From the IMG/VR virus record IMGVR_UViG_2700989508_000029: a stretch of DNA of 32,863 nt; one strand, given 5' to 3'. Numbering within the stretch: position 1 is the stretch's first letter; the number at the start of each line of letters is the position of its first letter. A program made the position numbers and the translations under genes. Positions 1-8,820 of this stretch are shown here, piece by piece. The notes beneath the pieces were generated by a model that saw only the letters and a list, made by a program, of their open reading frames with translations, was not told the origin of the DNA and searched no databases. The DNA is from a virus (lineage: Duplodnaviria; Heunggongvirae; Uroviricota; Caudoviricetes).

Positions 1-411
1 ATGCCTGCCCCCGTCGTCCTGATCCTTGCGGCCGGGCGTGGAGAGCGCTTTCTCGCCTCCGGGGGAAATACCCATAAGTGTATCGGCTGGCGTCAGTCCC
101 CGGAGGTTGCGCCTTATCGCTGGCCATTTGAAGAAAACGGGAGAACTTTCGACCTTGCGATTGAACCGCAGATTACGACTAATGATCTGCGTCTGATGGT
201 GAGGCTGGCTCTTGCCGGCGGAGGAATAACAATTGCCACTCAGGAAACTTTCAGGCCATATATTGAAAGCGGTAAGCTTGTATCGCTGCTTGATGACTTT
301 CTTCCACAATTTCCGGGCTTCTATCTGTATTTCCCACAGCGTCGCAATATTGCACCAAAGCTCCGCGCCCTGATTGACTACGTCAAAGAATGGCGGCAGC
401 AATTGGTTTAA
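1..411 (+). CDS. yagP: LysR-family substrate-binding-domain remnant (YagP-like, 136 aa); chromosomal flank
   Basis: The C-terminal ~110 aa read like the effector-binding half of a LysR regulator, with no N-terminal HTH. The first ~26 aa (VVLILAAGRGERF) look like a nucleotidyltransferase motif, so the ORF appears chimeric. Its position beside a thrW-derived pseudo-tRNA fragment and an integrase matches the yagP-ptwF-intF order I recall from E. coli K-12. Confidence 0.7.
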   Translation: MPAPVVLILAAGRGERFLASGGNTHKCIGWRQSPEVAPYRWPFEENGRTFDLAIEPQITTNDLRLMVRLALAGGGITIATQETFRPYIESGKLVSLLDDFLPQFPGFYLYFPQRRNIAPKLRALIDYVKEWRQQLV

Positions 412-535
412 ATAGCTGCACCTGCACTGCCTGATGTCAGAACAGTATTTTGATGAATTGCCAAGGTTACAATGGCACAAATGCGGCACAGGAGGAAACG
501 TGGTGTATTTAAATATGGGGTAACTCTTTGATTTT

Positions 536-556
536 AATGGTGCCGATAATAGGAGT
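536..556. repeat. Distal att site: 21-bp exact copy of the thrW 3' end (ptwF-like pseudo-tRNA fragment)
   Basis: AATGGTGCCGATAATAGGAGT is identical to 31418-31438, which lies inside thrW. The two copies are in the same orientation. Confidence 0.9.
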
Positions 557-611
557 AAAACACTCGATTAATCTCGTGTTAATGCCATCACCTACGACCA
601 TTACTAATTGA

Positions 612-1976
612 TTGAATCTTATAGAAAAATCATCATTTTCTATGCGTCACAATCAATTTTCACATTACAAACGCTCCGACACTTTAGCCGGAGATTTTAT
701 GAGATACAAGCCTAACCAATACTTAATCTGTGATTCTTACGGTAACTACTATTTGAGGATCACGTTGCCTGTGTATATGCAGCCCTTTTTTGAAGGAAAA
801 AGGACGTTTGTCAGGAGTCTACATACAAGTAATCTTCGTGTTGCACGTAGAAAGCGTGATCAGATTGCAGATGAATACCATTGTCTACGGGAGAGTGTCG
901 CCCCTGTAAACAGCACAATAGAGAACACGCTGGAGCTGTTACGCAGTAAGGCTAAATACGCCAAAACAGCTACCAGAATGCAAGATACAGCGTCTTCGTG
1001 TCCGTCATTGCTTAAAATTCTTGAAATCTACCTGACAATTAACAGCACGAAGAAGAAGCCAGCCACTTTAGCTAAGGCAAGAAAAGCGGTAGAGATGTTT
1101 CTCTCCTACCGTAAAAAGCCTGATATTGCATTGCAAGATGTGAGCCGCACCACTGTTACAGGCTGGATTGAACACATGCAAAAAACCCTTTCACAACAAT
1201 CAATTGCAAATTATATCAGCCCAATGGCCCAGCTATGGGAGTTAGCTTCATCACGTTACCACGATGCGCCAGAAAGGGCGCTCTCCCCCTGGCGAGGGCA
1301 TAGGCTTGATGTGGCACAAAGTAGAGAGAGCTATGAGGCATTTTCTAACAAAGAGCTATTGCAGGTGTTGCAAGTATTTTCCGGTAATTCAGCAGAAAAC
1401 AAAGAAATGATGGCTTTGTGTCTTATCGGTGCTTATACAGGTATGCGGATCAATGAGATAGCAAGTCTCACAATAGACGATGTGAAAGAGATCGAAGGTG
1501 TGCTGTGTTTTGAAATCACACAGGGAAAAACGAAAGCTGCGGCGCGTGTTGTTCCTGTACATAGCCTTATCACTCCATTGGTGTTATCTCTTCGTGAAAA
1601 GCCTCACAATGGCTTTTTGTTCTATCACGCCAGCATTACAGAGCGTGCTGACGGTAAACGCTCTACGTGGCATACACAACGATTTACAAGAGCTAAACGA
1701 AAGGCTTTAGGGGAAAAGGGAACAGAAAGGAAGGTGTTTCATTCTCTGAGACACGGAGTAGCACAGCTTCTTGATCGAAATCAAATTCCAGAAGACAGGA
1801 TCGCCCTTCTCCTGGGCCATACACGCGGCAATACAGAGACATTCCGCACATATAGCAAGAATGCAGCTTCTCCAGTAGAGCTTAAAAAATATATTGAGCT
1901 TCTACGCTACCCTGAAATAGAGAAAGGCTTATCAATCAATAAAAAATCAAATTTAAGGCGTAAAACAACGCCATAG
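612..1976 (+). CDS. Tyrosine recombinase/integrase (IntF-like by position)
   Basis: Catalytic signature is present: GMRINEI (Arg), KTKAAARVVPVH (Lys), HSLRH (His-x-x-Arg), LLGH and RTYSK (Tyr). The gene starts just inside the att copy and reads into the element. The track start is TTG; the ATGs at 642 or 699 (MRYKPNQYL...) are more likely true starts. Confidence 0.85.
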   Translation: MNLIEKSSFSMRHNQFSHYKRSDTLAGDFMRYKPNQYLICDSYGNYYLRITLPVYMQPFFEGKRTFVRSLHTSNLRVARRKRDQIADEYHCLRESVAPVNSTIENTLELLRSKAKYAKTATRMQDTASSCPSLLKILEIYLTINSTKKKPATLAKARKAVEMFLSYRKKPDIALQDVSRTTVTGWIEHMQKTLSQQSIANYISPMAQLWELASSRYHDAPERALSPWRGHRLDVAQSRESYEAFSNKELLQVLQVFSGNSAENKEMMALCLIGAYTGMRINEIASLTIDDVKEIEGVLCFEITQGKTKAAARVVPVHSLITPLVLSLREKPHNGFLFYHASITERADGKRSTWHTQRFTRAKRKALGEKGTERKVFHSLRHGVAQLLDRNQIPEDRIALLLGHTRGNTETFRTYSKNAASPVELKKYIELLRYPEIEKGLSINKKSNLRRKTTP

Positions 1977-1983
1977 ACGCAAT

Positions 1984-2015
1984 AAAGAGGCTTCAACATA
2001 ATTGGTAGCCTCTTT
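1984..2015. terminator. Bidirectional rho-independent terminator between convergent int and tail genes
   Basis: AAAGAGGCT-N14-AGCCTCTTT hairpin with T-rich sequence on both strands. Confidence 0.6.
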
Positions 2016-2056
2016 TATAATTACATCGTTACAGAGCGTTTTAGAGGCATTTACGG

Positions 2057-2770
2057 CTATTCCTGTTTAAAGGCAGGAGTAATAGTGTCTTCACCTTCAC
2101 TACTTGATTTTTCAGTGTTAACACGTTTTTTCATATTAGCCCCAATGTTCTTAGATGGCTGTGTTTTGAGAGCTACAGTGTTTACAGTGCCATAAGAAAC
2201 TAATCTGATTTGTTCAAAGCTAAGATCAAATACCAGAGATTCGCTTGCCTCTTCTGTGTATTCGATGCCTGTTAAAACAACGTTCTCAAAAGTTTTATTT
2301 TCTGTAACAAGAAGAAAAGGCTGTCTACTGTCCATAATCTGATTCAGGTAATCAATAGCTAATGATCTTCTGTTCCCGTTCACCCCTGCACTCTTTAACA
2401 AGCCAGGATCGCTTTTAATCGGTGTTTCAGTGATCCTTCCTTTAAGAGAAAACTTATTGTTTTTAATTTGAACGTGATCAGACACAGTAGCACCATTTTC
2501 TACGGGGTAGCTTGTAACATCTGCCGAACGTCTCACGTTCACATCGTCAACACTATCAAAGGCCAGTGCCATATAATTTTCATAAACGTCATTGCCAGAA
2601 GATGCCAAGCCACTGGTAACAATAGCAAATCCATTTTCGCCTTTTGTTGTATTAGCTTTGCTATTTTCGTTTTTTGTAGAGTTTATATCTTGTTCTGCTT
2701 TGTAAACAGCCTGAACGTGTTGTTCTGGAGTATTTGCTGCACGTATGGTTAAAATCCCGGCGGTCGCCAT
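2057..2770 (-). CDS. Phage tail/baseplate protein with Dit-like N-terminal domain (237 aa)
   Basis: The segment VTSYPVENGATVSDHVQ...LKGRITE...AIDYLNQIM...LVTE..FENVVLTGIEY...LVFDLSFEQIRLV matches the pattern I associate with Dit-like/baseplate proteins encoded just after tape-measure genes. It lies directly downstream of the TMP-like ORF. Confidence 0.45.
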   Translation of the reverse strand: MATAGILTIRAANTPEQHVQAVYKAEQDINSTKNENSKANTTKGENGFAIVTSGLASSGNDVYENYMALAFDSVDDVNVRRSADVTSYPVENGATVSDHVQIKNNKFSLKGRITETPIKSDPGLLKSAGVNGNRRSLAIDYLNQIMDSRQPFLLVTENKTFENVVLTGIEYTEEASESLVFDLSFEQIRLVSYGTVNTVALKTQPSKNIGANMKKRVNTEKSSSEGEDTITPAFKQE

Positions 2771-2804
2771 AATAATAATTTTCCTTGTAATGTTATGGCG
2801 GGAA

Positions 2805-4634
2805 TTACCCGCCGTTAGATTGTCCTGATAAGCTGGTTAATGTTAATGATTTCAAGAAGCTATCCCGACTTGCTCTCGCTGTAAAATCCACATAATCGCT
2901 TAATCTTGATGTGTCAGAATTAATAGTAAGAGGAACCTCCGTTACCACTTCAAAGGTTGGATTTATATTAAACACAGGAGATAAATTATAAGCTGGAGTT
3001 GTCATTGCAAGATTATTTAAAGCACCCTGTTTGAGATTGGTTATCGGTGCTTCGCTGACTGACATTTTTACATCTGACACAGAAGAAGCATTATCATCGA
3101 AAAGCAATCCCTTAATCGTGTTAAAGAGAGAATGACTATTATCAGGTGCAGTTGTTGCAGTTCCAGCGCCTTTATATTGGTCAGGAACGAGATTAGAAAG
3201 ATGCTGTTTCATCCCTTCATTGCTTAATGGCGGTGCATCACCTAAATTTTTCTGAATAGCATCTGTCTTATCATCATTACGATTAAACCAGTTTACAATC
3301 TTCATAATAGCCTCAAAGAGACTTCCTACAGCTTCTCCCAGCTTCGTAAAATACGGAGTGAGATTAGAAAGGTTTTTCATAAACTCTTCCGTTACTTTTG
3401 GATCGAGAGATTTCATAAAGCCGTCTACGAATGCTACTTGTCTTGCATCAGAAAGCTGTGAAAGCTGTCTGTTTAGTTCTCTGAATTTAACGATAGATTC
3501 TTGCTGTGTTTCTGTTAGCCATTTTCCAGAGGCTTTTTGCTGATTAATACTTTCTTGTACATCTTTAACGGAACGTTGCCAATATTTTGACGTAAGCATC
3601 AAATCATCGCCCAGGTCTTCTAAACGTTGTCCAATTTGGGAGTCTGAAAACCCTTTTTTCATCATTCCATTAACAGCCTTAGAAATTAATCCGGCTGGAT
3701 TATCAGCAAATTTTTTAAGGTCGCTTTTGTTAATAACACCGATGTTTAGAAGTTCATTAATAGCATTATCACCGCCTTTCCATTCAGATTTTCCTTTCTT
3801 GTCTTTCAAGAATTCAGCTTCACTGTAGGATTTTGCGGCACGTTCCCTAACATCTTTCATCTGATCCAGGTATTTCCTAGCCCCTTGATCACCCATCATA
3901 GAGTCAACGCCGTTTCTATAGGCCCATTCTGTAATGTTGTACATCTGGTTAACGTCTACACCGCCCAGCTTGGCCCGTTGAATTAGCTCCCCTTGCGTCT
4001 CTGCGTTAGCGAAGCTGTTAGCCATAAATTCAGAGGTTTTACTAACAGCCATCACGCCAGCGGCAGCCGTAGCGCCTCCAAATAACAGAGCGCCCATCGT
4101 GGCGGAATTCCCTGATCCTCCCTTAACGGGGGCTAATTGAGTTTTTCTATTGCCATTAATCTTACGTTGTTGTTGTTGTAAGCGTTTCATTTGGCTATTC
4201 ATACGTGCAAGCGAGATAGCGCCTTGTTCGTATTGTTTCGCTATCTCTCTAGCCTGTGCAATAGCTTTGTATTGTTCCGCTACAGAGAGGCGGTGCATTG
4301 CACTTATAGAGCTTGACACATCAAGGAGTTTTAATTCTGCTTTCTCCTTACGTGCTGCTATTTGTTGCTGTTGCCTTGCCTGTGCTCTTGCTGCGGCAGC
4401 TTGTGCTCTTTGATTCTGTTTTTCGGTTTTAGCTTTCTGTTGAGCAATCTTGTCTACTTCGTTTTGTGCTTTCTTATAGCCTTTAGTGACATTATCAAAT
4501 CTTAATTTAGCTGGCTTGATGTTTTCTGCGAATTCCTTTAAGCCTGTAATAGAGTCTTTCGCTTTTTTCAAGCTGTCTTTATCTACACTAAATGTTACTG
4601 TGTTCTTAATTTTAGAAGTGTTAATTTCTAACAT
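2805..4634 (-). CDS. Tape-measure-like protein (609 aa)
   Basis: It has an N-terminal Q/A/K-rich coiled coil, a Gly/Ala hydrophobic stretch (ALLFGGATAAAGVMAV) and a long alpha-helical repeat-like body. An SD (aaggggatttt) precedes the ATG. It sits upstream of the Dit-like gene. Confidence 0.55.
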   Translation of the reverse strand: MLEINTSKIKNTVTFSVDKDSLKKAKDSITGLKEFAENIKPAKLRFDNVTKGYKKAQNEVDKIAQQKAKTEKQNQRAQAAAARAQARQQQQIAARKEKAELKLLDVSSSISAMHRLSVAEQYKAIAQAREIAKQYEQGAISLARMNSQMKRLQQQQRKINGNRKTQLAPVKGGSGNSATMGALLFGGATAAAGVMAVSKTSEFMANSFANAETQGELIQRAKLGGVDVNQMYNITEWAYRNGVDSMMGDQGARKYLDQMKDVRERAAKSYSEAEFLKDKKGKSEWKGGDNAINELLNIGVINKSDLKKFADNPAGLISKAVNGMMKKGFSDSQIGQRLEDLGDDLMLTSKYWQRSVKDVQESINQQKASGKWLTETQQESIVKFRELNRQLSQLSDARQVAFVDGFMKSLDPKVTEEFMKNLSNLTPYFTKLGEAVGSLFEAIMKIVNWFNRNDDKTDAIQKNLGDAPPLSNEGMKQHLSNLVPDQYKGAGTATTAPDNSHSLFNTIKGLLFDDNASSVSDVKMSVSEAPITNLKQGALNNLAMTTPAYNLSPVFNINPTFEVVTEVPLTINSDTSRLSDYVDFTARASRDSFLKSLTLTSLSGQSNGG

Positions 4635-4648
4635 TTAAAATCCCCTTA

Positions 4649-4852
4649 TTAATCATTTTTATCACCTTCTTTACTTAAGAAATGGTGTAGAGCCTGATCA
4701 ATACTCTCGTTTAATCTGAACATACGGGCTTTTACTCCTTCATATGGAACATCTAGGAGAGAACAGAGATATTTCAGATTTAACAAGCCTCTAGAATCAT
4801 TAGCATCTAAATGTACGTGTACACCATTTTTTGATTTCAAAATCACTTCCAT
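4649..4852 (-). CDS. Hypothetical small protein (67 aa) between capsid and tape-measure genes
   Basis: ORF with an SD (gagaggtgatt) upstream, in an operon with the TMP-like gene. No recognisable motif. Confidence 0.45.
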   Translation of the reverse strand: MEVILKSKNGVHVHLDANDSRGLLNLKYLCSLLDVPYEGVKARMFRLNESIDQALHHFLSKEGDKND

Positions 4853-4874
4853 ATTTTAATCACCTCTCAAAATT

Positions 4875-4918
4875 TAAAAAAATAAAAAAAAAGGCGAAGC
4901 GTGAATACACGCCACGCC
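4875..4918 (-). terminator. Strong rho-independent terminator/attenuator immediately after the major capsid gene
   Basis: On the minus strand, a GGCGTGGCGTG-TATT-CACGCTTCGCC hairpin is followed by a T9AT7 run. Confidence 0.65.
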
Positions 4919-4936
4919 TCTATTACACGTTAAATA

Positions 4937-5965
4937 TTATTTAACAGTGATTTGAACGGAGAAGCCTACACCGTGGTTTACAACCATCTGGCTATTCTCT
5001 GTAACAACGTTAACAGCATCACCACGAGAAGATTCATAGCTATAGCTATACACCTCAGCAGGAGCGGCATTGATCAGTTCAAAAGTGCTGGAAGCAGCCC
5101 CGTAGATGTTCTGATATACATTAGAGCCTTTAGCAAACTTCGGAATCGCAACCGCATCAGAAGTCATATGTGCAAGGTGTAGCGGATCTACCAGTTTAAC
5201 AACATCAATGTTAGTTCCTGGGATAGTGAACGCTGTCACCCCTGGCAGCAGGTCACGACGCTGATACACAACGTTCCCCTCTTCCAGTGGGCTTACATAC
5301 TGGAATGCGTTTGCCATACCAGCAGAGAATCGAATTGCGGAGAAGGCTTCAGGTTTACAGAAAACAACAATACGCTCTACAGCAGACGCCTGGCTTTGTG
5401 CTTTCTCGATAATGTCAGTAGCAATCTGATCAAATTCTTTAAAAATCTTCGTGGTGTCAGTGCTGGAAGCGTTCACAGTGGCTTTCATAGCTGATACGTT
5501 AAACAGCTTGCCCCATTCGATAAGAACATCATCAGTTTTCGGTGTATAAGTTTTGCCCGAGAACAAAGAAGCAGCCAATACGCTCTCTTTTGTACGCTGA
5601 TACGCTACGTGGTGTTTAGCGATATATTCCGCATAAATATCAGTGAGTGTTTCCTGGAAATCAGTGCCAGGTTTACGTTTGCCTTGAACATCAGAAGGAC
5701 GGATCACATCTTCACGCAGGAAGTAAGGGATCTCGATCAGCCATTCTTTACCTTGTTCTCGCTTAGTAACATTGTGTTCAGAACTAAAACGGCTTGTCTC
5801 TTTGTTAAAGAGAGATTCGTTGCTTTCGACAAGCTGGGAAACAGCTACTTTATGAGATGTAACCCCTACAGAATCCGTAAAATCAAGAGTAGAGAGCAGG
5901 AAGTTACGCGTGCTGTGTGTCTGGAACAGAGGGATCAAATCAACGTAATCATTGCCTAGAATCAT
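4937..5965 (-). CDS. Major capsid protein, lambda gpE-like (Phage_cap_E-type), 342 aa
   Basis: Its length is close to lambda gpE (341 aa). The family-like segment is IPYFLREDVIRPSDVQGKRKPGT...YQRTKESVLAASLFSGK...LIEWGKLF. It is directly preceded by a decoration-like gene, as in the lambda D-E order. Confidence 0.65.
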   Translation of the reverse strand: MILGNDYVDLIPLFQTHSTRNFLLSTLDFTDSVGVTSHKVAVSQLVESNESLFNKETSRFSSEHNVTKREQGKEWLIEIPYFLREDVIRPSDVQGKRKPGTDFQETLTDIYAEYIAKHHVAYQRTKESVLAASLFSGKTYTPKTDDVLIEWGKLFNVSAMKATVNASSTDTTKIFKEFDQIATDIIEKAQSQASAVERIVVFCKPEAFSAIRFSAGMANAFQYVSPLEEGNVVYQRRDLLPGVTAFTIPGTNIDVVKLVDPLHLAHMTSDAVAIPKFAKGSNVYQNIYGAASSTFELINAAPAEVYSYSYESSRGDAVNVVTENSQMVVNHGVGFSVQITVK

Positions 5966-5983
5966 TTATTATTATTCCTTTTA

Positions 5984-6346
5984 TTAAGAAGTGAAAACAG
6001 AATGGAACCCTTCAAGCTGGAAGCCTTTTTTAATTAATGCTGTTTTTGCTGCTTCACTTACAGCATTCAGCGCATCAGCTTTGATGCATACAAGCCCAGC
6101 ATTGCTACGTAAAACATCTACAGGTTTGTTTTCTCCAGCCGTTACAAATTCACTCATAACAACATAGATATCATCTCCTGATACATATTTAGCGCCAGTG
6201 CTGGTGATCAAGTCGCCGCATTCAACATCAGCAGGAAGAGAAGCAAAAACCTTGCTTTCTACAGAGGCAAACGGATCAGTACAATAACTTACAATATCTG
6301 TGAAAGTCTTTCGAACTGGAAACAGAGTGTCTAAATCAATAATCAT
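5984..6346 (-). CDS. Head decoration protein-like (lambda gpD-position), 120 aa
   Basis: The size and the position immediately upstream of the E-like capsid gene fit. Its ATG overlaps the stop of the upstream ORF (ATGA). Confidence 0.45.
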   Translation of the reverse strand: MIIDLDTLFPVRKTFTDIVSYCTDPFASVESKVFASLPADVECGDLITSTGAKYVSGDDIYVVMSEFVTAGENKPVDVLRSNAGLVCIKADALNAVSEAAKTALIKKGFQLEGFHSVFTS

Positions 6347-6555
6347 TTAGTAATCTCCTTAGCTTTTAATTTGATTAATTCATTAAGGGAAGGTGTAGAC
6401 GGAGAAGAAGGAGAAAAATATTTTTCAACACATCTTTCTACTTCTTCTACAGAACACCCAGCGTATTTAGCTACCATTTCGGTAATTTGTGGATTTATTT
6501 TCAGCATTTCATCTTTATACTTGATGATTTGCTCTTTATCATTTAAGAACAACAT
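6343..6555 (-). CDS. Hypothetical protein (70 aa), first gene of the structural operon
   Basis: Translationally coupled (ATGA) to the decoration-like gene. No motif recognised. Confidence 0.45.
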   Translation of the reverse strand: MLFLNDKEQIIKYKDEMLKINPQITEMVAKYAGCSVEEVERCVEKYFSPSSPSTPSLNELIKLKAKEITK

Positions 6556-6617
6556 TTATATAAACCTTGTTACCTTGTTTAAAGTAAGAAATACAACTTT
6601 TAAGTTGCATAACGGGC

Positions 6618-6649
6618 AAAATAAAAGGCAGCATTTAGAGCCGCCTTTT
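6618..6649 (-). terminator. Rho-independent terminator separating the early and structural operons
   Basis: On the minus strand, the GGCGGC-UCUAAAU-GCUGCC hairpin has a G-U pair that is valid only on that strand, followed by UUUUAUUUU. Confidence 0.55.
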
Positions 6650-6678
6650 ATTAACTTGTACCTATGTAATTACCCTAT

Positions 6679-6708
6679 GTTATGCATACTCCAAGATGTA
6701 TGCATAAC
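6679..6708. promoter_or_regulatory. Operator-like perfect inverted repeat GTTATGCATA-N10-TATGCATAAC upstream of the structural operon
   Basis: 10-bp perfect arms. A third half-site, TTGCATAAC, lies at 6605-6613, nearer the operon start. Confidence 0.45.
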
Positions 6709-6904
6709 AAAGGAAAAAAGAGGTAATAATGACACAGTATTTACTTAAGGAGGAGAAGCGGGGAGCGGAGATTTTACTCCCCTTTAACGACAAGAAGAAT
6801 TTTTAATATCGAACCAATAAAGGAAAAATAATCACCCCATATAATTATATTAACATATAATAGATGGAATGTCAAGATATTTTACAACTTTTTTGTTGCT
6901 TTTT

Positions 6905-7267
6905 TTATTCTTCTGTGATAGTGCCTAAGCGTTGAGCGAGTTCGACAAGTCCATCTCCCACATAGCGAACATCAGATTCGATATCTTCTATCCAGTTTGA
7001 TAGCTCCCATATCTGATCGGCTGTCAGGTATGCGTTTTCGCGCTTACAGAGCATCTCTACACGCTTAGAGAGGTGCTCAAAGGCATTCACAGCTAAATCC
7101 CAGTGTTTAAACGCCTCATTTAGTGACGCTGGTGTGTTTTCTTTGTATGCTTCAAGTTCAGCGCGGTTTAAAGGCAGAAGGTAATCATCCTCATAATAAT
7201 TAATTAGTGAGTAAATTGTGTCATACGTGTTTTTGTTCATATTAAAAGTCTCCATAGTGATCAGCAT
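6905..7267 (-). CDS. Hypothetical protein (up to 120 aa; likely start at 7240 or 7255)
   Basis: The ORF is adjacent to the upstream gene's stop at 7242-7244. A GGAGA SD precedes the ATG at 7240. Confidence 0.45.
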   Translation of the reverse strand: MLITMETFNMNKNTYDTIYSLINYYEDDYLLPLNRAELEAYKENTPASLNEAFKHWDLAVNAFEHLSKRVEMLCKRENAYLTADQIWELSNWIEDIESDVRYVGDGLVELAQRLGTITEE

Positions 7268-7652
7268 TATCTAGAATCTGGAAGTCTGGAACTAAGTTAT
7301 TTAGGCCATTTGTGGCGAGATAACCAACGTAGTGGTTATAGTCTTCAAATCCTAAAATCTGGTATTTGCGTAAATCAGAGCTATCAACGATATACTCTTT
7401 TCTTTTTCTAGGTTTCCAGAATACGCCAGGTGTTGAAGATAAGATTTCTTGTAAGGCGTTAAATTCATCTCCGCAAGGCACAGAGGGAGAATGTTCTATG
7501 ATCTCTGTTTTCCATTCGCCAGGGGCGCTATTTTGCTTGGTGAGCGTAACTAGCTCTTTAAAGTCTTTGCGTCTTAGAATAGATTTAGGTTTACTTAGAA
7601 GAGAAGCTGAATCCCCGATTTTCTTAACAACGTTGTTTTTTCTTTTTGCCAT
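7242..7652 (-). CDS. Hypothetical protein with basic N-terminus (136 aa)
   Basis: ATG at 7652 with an AAGGAAA SD. The N-terminus is MAKRKNNVVKK. No family recognised. Confidence 0.45.
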   Translation of the reverse strand: MAKRKNNVVKKIGDSASLLSKPKSILRRKDFKELVTLTKQNSAPGEWKTEIIEHSPSVPCGDEFNALQEILSSTPGVFWKPRKRKEYIVDSSDLRKYQILGFEDYNHYVGYLATNGLNNLVPDFQILDNADHYGDF

Positions 7653-7784
7653 TATTTACTTTTCCTTTTCTTTTAAAGGAAAACACCCCGAAGTATGTTT
7701 CTAACGTGAGAAAGAACAATAACCAATACATAGCTACTATCATAATAATGTTTTCCTTTTATATTTTAATTACATAGAGAGATT

Positions 7785-8063
7785 TTAGAGAGTGGAATAG
7801 ATGAATTCTATTTCTTTATCTAGTCTTTTGAGATTGAATGTAGAGAAAGATAATTCTTTAATTTCTATAACACCGAAGTTTGATAGCTGTTTCAGCCAGA
7901 ATTTTAAACCATCTTCAGAGCACCCTGCTCGATGTAACACATCGCTATATTTTAGCGGTGTTGGCTTTCCTTTATAGAGGTAAGCAAGTGTTTCGTAGAT
8001 GCGTTTTCCTGTGTCGTTACACTGAATTCTGTCTACTTGATTTTTTACTAAATATTGAATCAT
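7785..8063 (-). CDS. Small putative winged-helix DNA-binding protein (92 aa)
   Basis: A strong SD (AAGGAGGG) precedes the ATG at 8063. The sequence looks wHTH-like. Confidence 0.45.
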   Translation of the reverse strand: MIQYLVKNQVDRIQCNDTGKRIYETLAYLYKGKPTPLKYSDVLHRAGCSEDGLKFWLKQLSNFGVIEIKELSFSTFNLKRLDKEIEFIYSTL

Positions 8064-8074
8064 AACCCTCCTTA

Positions 8075-8767
8075 TTAAAATGGAATATCAAAGTCTTCGT
8101 ATACTTTGGGATGTTTCTTAGCAAAATATGCCTCAATACCATTTGGTAGCTTTAACCTGTGCTTATAGGCTAACGATGTTGCAAATTCTATAAATGATGC
8201 TCCTCCTGTTCTAGTATTCTTCTGCTTGATAATAAGAGAGGCAAAATTCTTTAACACATCCTCCTCATTATCATTAGCTACCTTTTCACTTGATGAAACA
8301 GGTGTTTCTTCCGTCTCCCACGGTAAAGGCGTATCCCAATCATCATCAAGAACATCAAAAGAAGGCTGTTTATGGCCTTTAGGTTGTTCCTGTGCTTCTT
8401 CTGCCTCAGAAAGATCAGAGAGTGATGATTCTCCTGGGGGAGTAATATGTGCATCTGTGAGAGGGAGAGCATTGTAAATCAAAGATGAAATATACGGATC
8501 AGGATGTGGGGATGTTTCTAATAATCCCATCTCTTTAAGATCGTTTATCTTACGTTTAATTGTTGACGCTGAAGACTTAAAAATCTTAGCTAATGTTTCG
8601 TGACTTTCATAACAATTAAGGTTGTTTTCCTGATAACTAAGGAATCGAAAATAAAGCACAATATGTAATAGATCTAAATCTTTTCCTTGAGGGAATTTAT
8701 CAGAATAAATCTTTGATACATTATCAAACGTGTCATAGTGTTTTGTAAAAGTTAGTTGGTTAATCAT
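8075..8767 (-). CDS. HTH replication-initiator-like protein ending in an SSB C-terminal-tip-like motif (230 aa from MINQL)
   Basis: AAGGAG SD 7 nt before the ATG at 8767. The N-terminal wHTH-like segment is ESHETLAKIFKSSASTIKRKINDLKEMGLLE. An acidic linker follows, and the C-terminus YEDFDIPF resembles the E. coli SSB tip DFDDDIPF. Confidence 0.5.
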   Translation of the reverse strand: MINQLTFTKHYDTFDNVSKIYSDKFPQGKDLDLLHIVLYFRFLSYQENNLNCYESHETLAKIFKSSASTIKRKINDLKEMGLLETSPHPDPYISSLIYNALPLTDAHITPPGESSLSDLSEAEEAQEQPKGHKQPSFDVLDDDWDTPLPWETEETPVSSSEKVANDNEEDVLKNFASLIIKQKNTRTGGASFIEFATSLAYKHRLKLPNGIEAYFAKKHPKVYEDFDIPF

Positions 8768-8820
8768 TAAAAATCTCCTTGATGTAATCACGCTCTATGG
8801 CGCTACTATGGTGATAAAAA

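Noticed and set aside
2468-5959. Plus-strand ORFs 2468-2752, 3358-3543, 4150-4413, 4952-5182 and 5609-5959
   Set aside because: All lie entirely antisense to longer minus-strand genes with recognisable products. Their Cys/Phe/Ile-rich composition is typical of shadow frames, and they have no SDs.
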